From the NCBI GenBank assembly GCA_964595665.1, contig CAZQQS010000003.1, positions 1,135-33,134 on the forward strand: a stretch of 32,000 nucleotides of DNA. The letters run 5' to 3'. A program made the position numbers and the translations under genes. Below the pieces are notes generated by a model. The model was not told the DNA's origin. It searched no databases and saw only the letters and a program-made list of their open reading frames with translations. The stretch's first letter is position 1. Every line of letters begins with the position of its first letter. Below, piece by piece: positions 23,672-32,000 of this stretch. The stretch is from an uncultured archaeon. Lineage in GTDB: Archaea; Iainarchaeota; Iainarchaeia; Iainarchaeales; 0-14-0-20-30-16.

Positions 23672-25911
23672 TGGTTATGTTTAAGAGATTTTTGTTTTTG
23701 ATTTTTGGAATTTTATTGTTATTTAATGTTAGCGCATTAATTATTGATGCTCAAATAAAATTAATTGCCGTAACTCCAGAAGGACAAGGTACTGACGCAA
23801 ATTTGAATATAAGTATTGTTGAGGGTTCTGGAAAAGTTTGGACAGCAGTTGATTCTTTAGTAGGTACGAGTACCCAAAATACTGAAAAGGTTGCTGTAGA
23901 GTTATTAAGAGAATATAATAAAAATTACAATAATTATGATTATTTATTTGATATTAGAAGTCCTGCGAGATTAGTTGATGGCCCAAGTGCTGGTTTGCCA
24001 ATTACTTTAGCTTTAATTAAAATGGTTCAAAGTAAAGAATTGCCAAAATATGTTTCGGGTACAGGAACAATTTCTTCTAATGGAGACATAGGTAAAGTAG
24101 GAAGTGTTTTGGAAAAAACAAAATATGCTTCAAAAATAGGTATTAAGATATTTTTTGTTCCAAAAAGTGAATTAGAAGCAGTAATAAATGAAGATAATGA
24201 AGTTAAAAAAGTAAATTTGTCTGAGTATGCTTATAAAAAATACAATATAAAAGTTATAGGAATTTCTAATATCAAAGAAGCTTTAGAATATAATTTAGAT
24301 AATTATGAAGGTATAAAATTAAATTTTGATTTAGAAACTAAAGAAGAATTATTATATAATCCTCCTGAAAGTAAATTACAAAATAATTTACAAGAATTTA
24401 AGAATTACATTTTAGAATATGAAAAGGAAACAGAATTAAATTTGGAGATAGTTTCTAATTTATTAAATAATACAAGCATAAAAGATAATGACTTAATAAC
24501 TCAATTATTTGGATTAATGAACGAAGCAAAAGAGAGTATAGATTTGGGTAAAAGTGCAAATTCTAAGAATTACATGTATTCTTCAGCAAATCATTTATTT
24601 TTAGCAAATATCTCTTTAAACTTAATAAAAGATATTTTAGAAAATGAAACTATTTTGATAGATAATAAAATTATAGATACTAAAACAAATTTATTAAAAG
24701 AAAATGTAATAGATTATACCGGTATACCTTGTGATAGTTATGAGTGGTATGTAGGTTCCCAAGAAAGATATTTATGGGCTCAAAACAAAATAAATGTTAT
24801 TTTAACTACCCCTGGATCAGATATGAGTATTAATTTATTAAAATTAAGAAGTTATGAAGAAGCTAAAGAATGGTTAAAGATTGCAAAATTATTTAAAAAA
24901 TATGCTGTTGAAAAAAATTGTTATATTGATGATTCAAAATATGAATTATCAAATATAGATGTTTTAACAGAATTAAGTAAAGCAAAAACAGTTATTGAAA
25001 AATATGAATTATATGATTCTGAAAAATGGTATTTGGGTGCAATAGATGCAAATTTAAATAATTGGCATATTACTTCTATATTTGAAAGTGCAACCACTTT
25101 AGCAATTGTAAATACTCATTTAGAGATTAAAGATAAAAACTTGAAAGATATTAAATTAGAAACAAAAACATTAATAGATTCAATATCCGCAAAAGATTAT
25201 ATTTGGCCTAATTTATACTTACAACATGCGAATTATTTATTTAATGAAGGGTTATTTTCTGAAGAAAATAACAAATTAGATAATGCTAAGTTAGCTTATG
25301 AAAGTTCATATCAATTAGCAATGTTTGCTAATAATTTATTGTCCGTTATAGACGATATTGAAAAAAACAAAAATAGTATATCTTATACAAGTATAATTAA
25401 GAATTCAACTCAATTAAATGCATCTGATTTGTATATTAAAATAATTATTCTGTTCGTAATCATTATTTTAATATTAACTATTGTTTTAGGTATATTTTAC
25501 AAAAAAACACAAGTAAAGGATAATTTAGAAAGGTATTTAGAATATATTGATTTTAGAATTAAAAAATTAAAAATGTTATTAATTGATTTGGAAAATGATT
25601 GTAGAAAGCAAAAAATATCTCCTGAAATATATGAAGATTTTAGTGAAAAATGTTATAATGAAATAGATACATTAAATTTAGAAAGAGAAAAACTAATTAA
25701 TAATATTGATCATATTAGAAATGTAAATTCAGAAATTGATAAAAAACATAAAAAAATTAAAGAAATTAAAGAACAATATTTAAAAGACAATATAACTCAT
25801 AATGAGTATTTGAAAAAGATAAAAGAATATGATATAACTTTAAATAAATTAAAAAGTTCTAGAAATGAGGATATAAAGAAAATATCTAAAAATATTTTAT
25901 TAGATGAGTGA
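23671..25911 (+). CDS. Exported, membrane-anchored Lon-type (S16) serine protease domain protein without an AAA+ module, with a long helical ectodomain, one TM and a cytoplasmic coiled-coil tail
   Basis: N-terminal signal/anchor FKRFLFLIFGILLLFNVSA. Lon proteolytic-domain motifs VDGPSAGLPITLALI (catalytic Ser) and GKVGSVLEKTKYASKIGIKIFFVP (Lys). No Walker motifs. TM: YIKIIILFVIIILILTIVLGIFY (residues about 589-611). SHOCT-like QYLKDNITHNEYLKKIKEY at 25774-25830. Start could be GTG 23668, ATG 23671 or ATG 23677. Confidence 0.7.
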   Translation: MVMFKRFLFLIFGILLLFNVSALIIDAQIKLIAVTPEGQGTDANLNISIVEGSGKVWTAVDSLVGTSTQNTEKVAVELLREYNKNYNNYDYLFDIRSPARLVDGPSAGLPITLALIKMVQSKELPKYVSGTGTISSNGDIGKVGSVLEKTKYASKIGIKIFFVPKSELEAVINEDNEVKKVNLSEYAYKKYNIKVIGISNIKEALEYNLDNYEGIKLNFDLETKEELLYNPPESKLQNNLQEFKNYILEYEKETELNLEIVSNLLNNTSIKDNDLITQLFGLMNEAKESIDLGKSANSKNYMYSSANHLFLANISLNLIKDILENETILIDNKIIDTKTNLLKENVIDYTGIPCDSYEWYVGSQERYLWAQNKINVILTTPGSDMSINLLKLRSYEEAKEWLKIAKLFKKYAVEKNCYIDDSKYELSNIDVLTELSKAKTVIEKYELYDSEKWYLGAIDANLNNWHITSIFESATTLAIVNTHLEIKDKNLKDIKLETKTLIDSISAKDYIWPNLYLQHANYLFNEGLFSEENNKLDNAKLAYESSYQLAMFANNLLSVIDDIEKNKNSISYTSIIKNSTQLNASDLYIKIIILFVIIILILTIVLGIFYKKTQVKDNLERYLEYIDFRIKKLKMLLIDLENDCRKQKISPEIYEDFSEKCYNEIDTLNLEREKLINNIDHIRNVNSEIDKKHKKIKEIKEQYLKDNITHNEYLKKIKEYDITLNKLKSSRNEDIKKISKNILLDE

Positions 25912-25916
25912 TATTT

Positions 25917-26489
25917 ATGAAAGAAAATATATTTATTAATAAAAAAACAGATAAGCGATATGAATTAGTAACAAAAGATATACAATTAGATGCTGGAGTT
26001 TACACATTATATGCTGTAGACAGCTACATGTATGTCTTAAAGAAGAAATATAATCCCAAAGATTTTAACAAAGATTCTAATAACCAAGAACAACAAGAAG
26101 AGCAATTGATTGAAGTTAAAGAGGATAGTGCTCAAGATTGGACTAAAAGAGCTTTAGATATTAAGAAACAATTATTAGAACGAGGATTTTTATCTATAAC
26201 AGACATTGAAGAAGTAAGAAAAATTTCTTATGTTACGCGAAATGAAATTAATTCTGGGGATGTTTTAGGAATAAGAGGATTTGATAAGAATTTTTATATT
26301 TTTACTAAAAAAACATATGATGATTTAAAAGATAAAGTTTTAGATGCTATGGATAATAAAAGCACACCTTTAGAAGATATAATTAAGAAAACTAATTTAG
26401 AAGTGGAACAAATTAAAGGTATTATTGAATTATTAAAAGAACAAAGTGATATTATAGAAGTTCATAGAGATGTTTTTAGAAAGATTTAG
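25917..26489 (+). CDS. Hypothetical protein (about 190 aa) with an acidic Q/E linker and a possible C-terminal winged-helix-like segment
   Basis: Coupled to the upstream gene (GTG 25908 overlaps its TGA; ATG at 25917). C-terminus: TPLEDIIKKTNLEVEQIKGIIELLKEQSDIIEV. No family recognised. Confidence 0.5.
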   Translation: MKENIFINKKTDKRYELVTKDIQLDAGVYTLYAVDSYMYVLKKKYNPKDFNKDSNNQEQQEEQLIEVKEDSAQDWTKRALDIKKQLLERGFLSITDIEEVRKISYVTRNEINSGDVLGIRGFDKNFYIFTKKTYDDLKDKVLDAMDNKSTPLEDIIKKTNLEVEQIKGIIELLKEQSDIIEVHRDVFRKI

Positions 26490-26496
26490 TGATTAA

Positions 26497-27192
26497 ATGA
26501 ACTTAGTAATTAATATCCCAAAAGATAAATTTAATTTGTTAGAACAAGAATATTCAAAATATATGTCTAATAAAAACCAAAATACTTTATTTGTTGCTCG
26601 GAAAAATAATCTAAGCATATCTTTGTATAAAACTGGAAAATTAGTTTTACAAGGGTTAAATGAATTGGATTTAGAAACTGAGAAGAAATTTATTTTAGGT
26701 TTAACTTTTGATTCCAAAGAAGAATTTATTTTGGGCTTTGATGAAACTGGCCGTTCTGAAATAATTGGGCCAATGGTCATAACTGGTTTATTTGGTCAAA
26801 ATAAAGATTTAGCAATAGTTAGAGATAGTAAAAAAACAGATAATTTAGAAAAAGCCAAATTATATGTAGATTCTGGAGCTTTGGGGTATATTACATTTGT
26901 TTTAAATCCAAATTTTATAGACTATTTAAGAAGTAAGAATATTAGTTTAAACACAATCGAAGAAAAATTTATTTCTAATTCTAAAAGAGTATTTGAAGAT
27001 CTAAACTTAGAGTTTAAAGCAATAGTAGATGGAAGCGCGTTAAACTCAAATAACATTGGAGTAGAGTATAAAATTAAAGCTGATGATTTAATACCTGTTG
27101 TGAGTGCAGCTAGCATTATATCTAAAACTATAAGAGATGCTAGCAAAAATAAAGATTCAAGAAAAACCTGGAATGTTAAATCAAAGCAGTAA
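26497..27192 (+). CDS. rnhB: Type 2 ribonuclease H: RNase HII-like catalytic core with an RNase HIII-type N-terminal domain
   Basis: Catalytic motifs: GFDETGRSEIIGPMVITG (DE), VRDSKK (D), and KADDLIPVVSAASIISKTIRD, which is the C-terminal KAD....V.AASI.AK..RD block. The N-terminal roughly 75 aa (NTLFVARKNNLSISLYKTGKLVLQG) matches the ...F.V.R....I..Y.SGK...QG pattern I recall from the N-terminal domain of bacterial RNase HIII. Confidence 0.75.
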   Translation: MNLVINIPKDKFNLLEQEYSKYMSNKNQNTLFVARKNNLSISLYKTGKLVLQGLNELDLETEKKFILGLTFDSKEEFILGFDETGRSEIIGPMVITGLFGQNKDLAIVRDSKKTDNLEKAKLYVDSGALGYITFVLNPNFIDYLRSKNISLNTIEEKFISNSKRVFEDLNLEFKAIVDGSALNSNNIGVEYKIKADDLIPVVSAASIISKTIRDASKNKDSRKTWNVKSKQ

Positions 27193-28264
27193 TTATTAAA
27201 TATAATGCAATTGCCAATAAAATAAGTCCAGTAATCCAATGTAATGTTTTAATGTTTTTTTCTCTTAATCTTTGTAAAGTTTCTAATTTAAACAATCCAA
27301 AGTAGATTAAGAAAACTATTGCAATCATAGGCAATACAAAGATTATATTGTAAATAGTTAACCAAAATAAAATCATATTTATTTCTAAATTATGTAATAG
27401 CCCAGAAACTAAAACATATGGTCCAGCAGTACAAGGAGTCAAAAAGAAAGCTACAATAAACGCAATAATTATTACAGACCAAATACTTGTTGCACCTTCT
27501 AATATTTTTTTCATTGTTGGTCTCCAAGATCTTGGAACTTCCATTACAAAGCCCCCAGAGCCATATGCTACAGCATCTTTAATATTTAGTGCTGCTAAAA
27601 TTAAAGCTAATATTCCTATAATCAAATAAATAATATTTGTATTAGTAAATCCACTTAAAAATTTTATACCATAAATTAACCCAATACCTATACCAAAATA
27701 AACTAAAAATATGGTCATAATAAATGCAAAACCATAACTCAAAACAAATTTTTTATTATTTCTTGCTAAAACAGATGCTAATAAAATCATTAATACAGCA
27801 ATTTCACAAGGGTTTATTGAATCTGCTAAAGCCAAACCCAAAATAGTTAAAAAATTAACTTTCTTTTCTTCTTTTGGCTCTTCTAATTCTTTTACTTGAT
27901 ATAACTCACATTTATTTTCATTACATTCATTTATTTGAGAAACAATATTATTAATTATAATATTTGATCCTTGATATATGTTATCATTTATAATTACTAC
28001 TGGAATACCATAGCTTCTCATATTGAAATCTTGCATACTATTTACAAACAAATCTAAATTTTCTTTTTCATCAATATTTATCATTATTGAATTAAAATCA
28101 TATTTATCTTCTATAGAATTTAAAAATAAATTTACATCGTGACAATGTGGACAATTTGGGCTATAAAAGAAGTAAAAAGGAGCATTATAATCTTCCGCAT
28201 ATCCAAAAGTTAAAAAACTAATTGATAATATTATTGATAAAATTAATAATGCACTTTTATTCAT
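27176..28264 (-). CDS. Thioredoxin/glutaredoxin-like domain fused to a CcdA/DsbD-family transmembrane thiol-disulfide electron transporter
   Basis: ATG 28264 gives the signal peptide MNKSALLILSIILSISFLTFGYA; the track start is GTG 28273. Exported CPHC redox motif: YSPNCPHCHD. Membrane domain with the two conserved Cys contexts ADSINPCEIAVL and LTPCTAGPY. Confidence 0.7.
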   Translation of the reverse strand: MNKSALLILSIILSISFLTFGYAEDYNAPFYFFYSPNCPHCHDVNLFLNSIEDKYDFNSIMINIDEKENLDLFVNSMQDFNMRSYGIPVVIINDNIYQGSNIIINNIVSQINECNENKCELYQVKELEEPKEEKKVNFLTILGLALADSINPCEIAVLMILLASVLARNNKKFVLSYGFAFIMTIFLVYFGIGIGLIYGIKFLSGFTNTNIIYLIIGILALILAALNIKDAVAYGSGGFVMEVPRSWRPTMKKILEGATSIWSVIIIAFIVAFFLTPCTAGPYVLVSGLLHNLEINMILFWLTIYNIIFVLPMIAIVFLIYFGLFKLETLQRLREKNIKTLHWITGLILLAIALYLIITALI

Positions 28265-28272
28265 TATAATCA

Positions 28273-29166
28273 CTAATATAAATCAGGATATTTATCTCTA
28301 AACTTTCGTATCAATTCTGAATTATAGGGTGTTGGTATACCCATTTTTCTACCTAATTCCAAAATAAATCCATTTAAAAAATAAACCTCTGTTTTTTTAT
28401 TTTTCTTCACATCTTGATATGTGCTAGAATAATGATCCATACTTTTTAATGCTAAAAAACTATTCCATAAAGACCTTCTAGAATGCATAGGAATTATTTC
28501 AGATAATACATCATAAGATTCATCAAATATGTTTTGCATAGTTTTTAGTAATTCTTTACTCTTAAATAATTCATTAAATGGCTTCTCTTCAATAGCACAA
28601 AGTGCATTTAAAGAACAATTGTATACTGTTTTTTCAGCTCTTTTTATATCTATATCTGGAGTTAGTTGAGTATTCACGTGAATAGATTTTAATAAATTAT
28701 ATACATCTTTGCTTAATAAATCATCTTCATCCAAAAACCAACCAGCTGCTTTTGATTGATGTAATTTATTTCCTTCTAAATTAAATCCTTCAATTACAGA
28801 TACTACTACAAAAGGAGTATTCTTAATTAAATTAATGTACCAACTATTATCCACGTAAGTATTTTGAATTAAAACAATTAAATCTGTCCTTACTCCAGAA
28901 TTAGTAATTAATTCTAGATTTTTTTTCAAATCATAATATTTTGAAGTAACAAAAATATAATCATATTTTTTATCGGAATCTATTTCAGAATATACTTTTG
29001 GAAAAGCAAATTCTTCGTCATTTATGTATAACTTAGAACCTATTGCTTTGGCTTTTTCTCTACCAATAACATCTACATCATGGCCTTGAACAAACAATTT
29101 GGCAGCTAAATAACTTCCAATTGAACCAGCACCATAAACCAATATACTTTTTTTAGGAATAATCAT
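28273..29166 (-). CDS. Ketopantoate reductase (PanE/ApbA) family NAD(P)-dependent oxidoreductase
   Basis: N-terminal Rossmann motif ILVYGAGSIGSYLAAKL. About 297 aa from ATG 29166; the track start is TTG 29181. C-terminal helical domain with STYQDVKKNKKTEVYFLNGFILELGRKMGIPTPYN, which resembles the S...D...gr.tE.d.lnG core. The substrate cannot be fixed from sequence. Confidence 0.6.
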   Translation of the reverse strand: MIIPKKSILVYGAGSIGSYLAAKLFVQGHDVDVIGREKAKAIGSKLYINDEEFAFPKVYSEIDSDKKYDYIFVTSKYYDLKKNLELITNSGVRTDLIVLIQNTYVDNSWYINLIKNTPFVVVSVIEGFNLEGNKLHQSKAAGWFLDEDDLLSKDVYNLLKSIHVNTQLTPDIDIKRAEKTVYNCSLNALCAIEEKPFNELFKSKELLKTMQNIFDESYDVLSEIIPMHSRRSLWNSFLALKSMDHYSSTYQDVKKNKKTEVYFLNGFILELGRKMGIPTPYNSELIRKFRDKYPDLY

Positions 29167-29225
29167 AGTATCACATCTCAAAGCAAAAAGCTAATATAAA
29201 TATAATCAAAAACTATTTAAATGGT

Positions 29226-30602
29226 TTATTGAGAATTATTGGCTATTTCTTTTTTTTGTTCTTCTGTTAATCCAAAGTCACCTAATGCTTCTAAAATTGT
29301 TGTTTTTAACTCGGTAGGTTTCTCATTTATTTCACTACAGCCAAGTATTTTATTGTTATTTGCCCCAGATTCAACATTACAATAACAATAAGTAATTTCA
29401 AGATTAGGATTAAATTCATTGATATTTTCTTTAGTTCCGGTTAATAAATAATTCATAGGCATTCTACCTATATTTTCATATACATCATTATCTTTTATCT
29501 TAATTTTTAAATTTACTGAAGATACTTTTCGTTTTATTAATGATCTCATAGTTTCTTCATCACTAATTTTAACAACCATAATCTCAGTAGGATAACTTCT
29601 ATTTTCAGTTATTTCGGTTATATTTAAATCAAAATCATTATTATTATAGATTGTAGTTATATCAGAAATCAAACTCTGGAAATCTGTTTTTGGAATATTT
29701 AAATCATCTAAACTCATAATATTTCCACAATTTGGAAAATTAGTATGGCCATATTCTTTAGATAATTCGTCTGTGCTAAAATTTTCAATTTTATTATATG
29801 CTAAATAAAATGCTCCAAATAATCTCATTGGCAAGTATAAACTTAATTTAGAGTAAGGCAAAATAGCATCATCTATTTGACTTTTATCTAAATTATTTAT
29901 TATTAATATTCTTGGCAAGTAAACATATAAACCATAATTTATTTTAGTAAAATCTAAATTAGTATAAAAACTACCTCTTTGACAATCATTGTTTTCACAA
30001 TCCAAAATATTTAAGAATTCTGGACCTTGAGATGACTCATTTATACTCAGAGCTAAATGTGTGCCAGATAATTTTGTTGCACTTACAGCATTTTCTAAAG
30101 ACAAATCTTCTGGGTCTGCATTTTGTAAAGCATAATCATAGATTCTAAAAAAATAATTCTCACCTTTATAATTTCCTCTATAATCTGATAATAAAGCCAA
30201 TATTTTATTTGTAACGTATCCTGAAAGTTTATTTTGTGAGACATATTCATTAGCATCCACATCTTGAGTTATATCAATTCCAAATGTTTCAAGAATATAA
30301 CCTTTTTTATAATCTGGCCAATTATTCGCATCAACTATTGGAATTCCAGAATCCACACTTGACTGAGAAACATAATAATCATAAAAATTAACTCTATATA
30401 ATAAGTCAAAAGCAGAAATCGCATCTAATTTAATCATATGTATTGACGAGTCCATTTCTTGTTGTGTTAATAAGGAATTTAATAAGTTTTGGTAGTTTTG
30501 TTCACTATTAGACATATGTTGCATTACTAATACGCCTATGCCTATAATGATAAATCCAACTAAAGCAGTAAATAAAGTAAACCCTTTTGACTTTTTTAAC
30601 AT
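29226..30602 (-). CDS. Large (458 aa) protein with a class III (type IV pilin/archaellin-like) signal peptide
   Basis: N-terminus MLKKSKG|FTLFTALVGFIIIGIGVLVM: basic residues, then Gly at -1, then a hydrophobic helix. This is the prepilin-peptidase substrate pattern. The remaining roughly 430 aa is unrecognisable, with scattered Cys pairs (CENNDC, CYCNVESGANNNKILGC). Confidence 0.6.
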   Translation of the reverse strand: MLKKSKGFTLFTALVGFIIIGIGVLVMQHMSNSEQNYQNLLNSLLTQQEMDSSIHMIKLDAISAFDLLYRVNFYDYYVSQSSVDSGIPIVDANNWPDYKKGYILETFGIDITQDVDANEYVSQNKLSGYVTNKILALLSDYRGNYKGENYFFRIYDYALQNADPEDLSLENAVSATKLSGTHLALSINESSQGPEFLNILDCENNDCQRGSFYTNLDFTKINYGLYVYLPRILIINNLDKSQIDDAILPYSKLSLYLPMRLFGAFYLAYNKIENFSTDELSKEYGHTNFPNCGNIMSLDDLNIPKTDFQSLISDITTIYNNNDFDLNITEITENRSYPTEIMVVKISDEETMRSLIKRKVSSVNLKIKIKDNDVYENIGRMPMNYLLTGTKENINEFNPNLEITYCYCNVESGANNNKILGCSEINEKPTELKTTILEALGDFGLTEEQKKEIANNSQ

Positions 30603-30632
30603 ATTACTAAAATAAATCTAACTTATATATAG

Positions 30633-32000
30633 TTATCGGTAAATTACTAAAAAATCCCACCAAGGTTTTTCAGTATTGTATAAAGAACTATTAGAAGCAT
30701 TATATTTTTCAGTAATAATTTCAGTAATGTTTATTATGCCTAATAATTTTCCAGATCTTTCTTTTGTTAAAACATATATTGGTACAACATCATAAATTAA
30801 TGAAATTTCTTTATAATCTTTCTTTTGAACTATTTTTGAATCTAATAAATTAATTTCTTTACCCGAAACATAAATCTTATCTTTAAAATCTAATGTCAAA
30901 GAAGTATTATAATTATAATCTGAAGTTGTGATAAAAATTTTATTATCATTTGAATCTAATAATATTTCCGAATTAGTTAAACAATATTTTAGTGTGTTTG
31001 TAAAATCAAATGAGAAATTATTCAAACTAATACTTTTAGGAGTTAATACAAAATTAACATCACAAACATTAGCAATAGAATTTGTTTTAAAATAATTCTT
31101 TAAAATAATTTCTTCTATATTATTATACAAAACCTTAATCTCATTATCATTAATATTTTTTATATCTGAATCAAAAAAATTTAATATAGAATTTACATTA
31201 TCTTTCCTTCTAATAGATATCACATCTTCTTTATTCTTTAATATTGTTGAAGAGGCACTTTCTAAAATAATCATTTTATCGTTATTTGACATATTTTTAG
31301 TAATTTTTAATAAGTGCTCAAATAAATAATCTGGATCTAAACTTAATTTCAAAACATTTTCTTCGTTCTTATATTTGTTTATAGATAGTAAATAATTTGA
31401 ATACTCATCTAAAATTTCTTCAAAATACAAATTCATTGTTTTTGTAGAATAATCTTTTTGTTCTTTTAAAGCTATATCTAAAGTATTTGTTAAATAGGTT
31501 CTAAACTCATTTTTCTTCAAATCATAATTCTCAAAGTCTACAATAAAACTAAATCTTAAATCATCTACACAAGATTTAATTAATTGCTCTTTAGTAAAAA
31601 TGAATTCATATCCAGATTTTTTTATCATATATGTATCGATTCCAGGTTTGCTAAATAAAGTTTTAATTGTTAAACAATCCAAATATGATTTGTAAATATC
31701 GTCTAATTCTGTACTAAAACTAGGTGTATTCAAAAAACTAACGTCTGAAGAATCTTTTATTTCTATAGATAATGGTAGAATATTAACCGTATCAAAAGTA
31801 TTAAATCCTCTTTCTAATAAATTGAATTGTAATTTAGTAAATACAAATTCTGGCTTACTTAAAGAATAATTAGAATTTAATAATACTACTGGTTTTATTT
31901 GTAAAACGTTTTTTTCTTGAATTAATTCAATATTTTGATTAAAATCTTTAGTTGGATATAAGCCTTTACAGTTTACGTTCAATACCTTACCATTTAATTC
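30633..32000 (-). CDS. Large hypothetical protein, 5'-truncated by the window edge
   Basis: The track ORF starts at TTG 31982, but the frame stays open to base 32000 (upstream codons read ELNGKV), so the true N-terminus is probably outside the window. Asn/Ile/Lys-rich, no motif recognised. Same strand as the pilin-like gene and 30 nt upstream of it. Confidence 0.6.
   Translation of the reverse strand, partial: ELNGKVLNVNCKGLYPTKDFNQNIELIQEKNVLQIKPVVLLNSNYSLSKPEFVFTKLQFNLLERGFNTFDTVNILPLSIEIKDSSDVSFLNTPSFSTELDDIYKSYLDCLTIKTLFSKPGIDTYMIKKSGYEFIFTKEQLIKSCVDDLRFSFIVDFENYDLKKNEFRTYLTNTLDIALKEQKDYSTKTMNLYFEEILDEYSNYLLSINKYKNEENVLKLSLDPDYLFEHLLKITKNMSNNDKMIILESASSTILKNKEDVISIRRKDNVNSILNFFDSDIKNINDNEIKVLYNNIEEIILKNYFKTNSIANVCDVNFVLTPKSISLNNFSFDFTNTLKYCLTNSEILLDSNDNKIFITTSDYNYNTSLTLDFKDKIYVSGKEINLLDSKIVQKKDYKEISLIYDVVPIYVLTKERSGKLLGIINITEIITEKYNASNSSLYNTEKPWWDFLVIYR

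Noticed and set aside
26493-27239. Two minus-strand ORFs (26493..26780, 95 aa; 26922..27239, 105 aa) antisense to the RNase H gene
   Set aside because: The + strand gene carries clear RNase HII catalytic motifs. The antisense ORFs are low-complexity. The second would also run through the true end of the Trx-CcdA gene in another frame.

Overview
Strongly AT-rich, very gene-dense segment that is clearly archaeal: TBP, GatD, archaeal/eukaryotic-type GlyRS, ValRS, archaeal DtdA, a XerA-like tyrosine recombinase, and an AMP phosphorylase plus ribose-1,5-bisphosphate isomerase pair. I support 29 protein-coding genes on both strands. Spacers are short, there are three convergent 3' overlaps (7906-7914, 19076-19123, 27176-27192), and several starts are translationally coupled. 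I found no rRNA, canonical tRNA, CRISPR array, transposase or obvious defence island. The standard code appears to be in use, with TAA, TAG and TGA all acting as stops. About half the coding capacity is orphan, exported or membrane protein, much of it Asn/Lys-rich. Together with compact aaRS genes, this suggests a small-genome, possibly DPANN-like episymbiotic archaeon, but that is inference only. I cannot demonstrate a complete new system from sequence alone. Best leads: (1) a dif-like 8-6-8 palindrome about 140 bp upstream of xerA; (2) a protein with a phasin-like N-terminus, an acidic linker and a histone-H1/PhaF-like lysine-rich tail; (3) a large class-III-signal (type IV pilin-like) protein next to another large orphan at the right edge; (4) an RNase HII core fused to an RNase HIII-type N-terminal domain; (5) a 1003-aa cytoplasmic orphan between two aaRS genes; (6) a GC-rich structured element in the glyS/xerA spacer; (7) an exported Lon-type protease and a second membrane protein that share a cytoplasmic SHOCT-like motif; (8) an unusually symmetric TBP. 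All domain calls come from motif recognition by eye; no searches were run.
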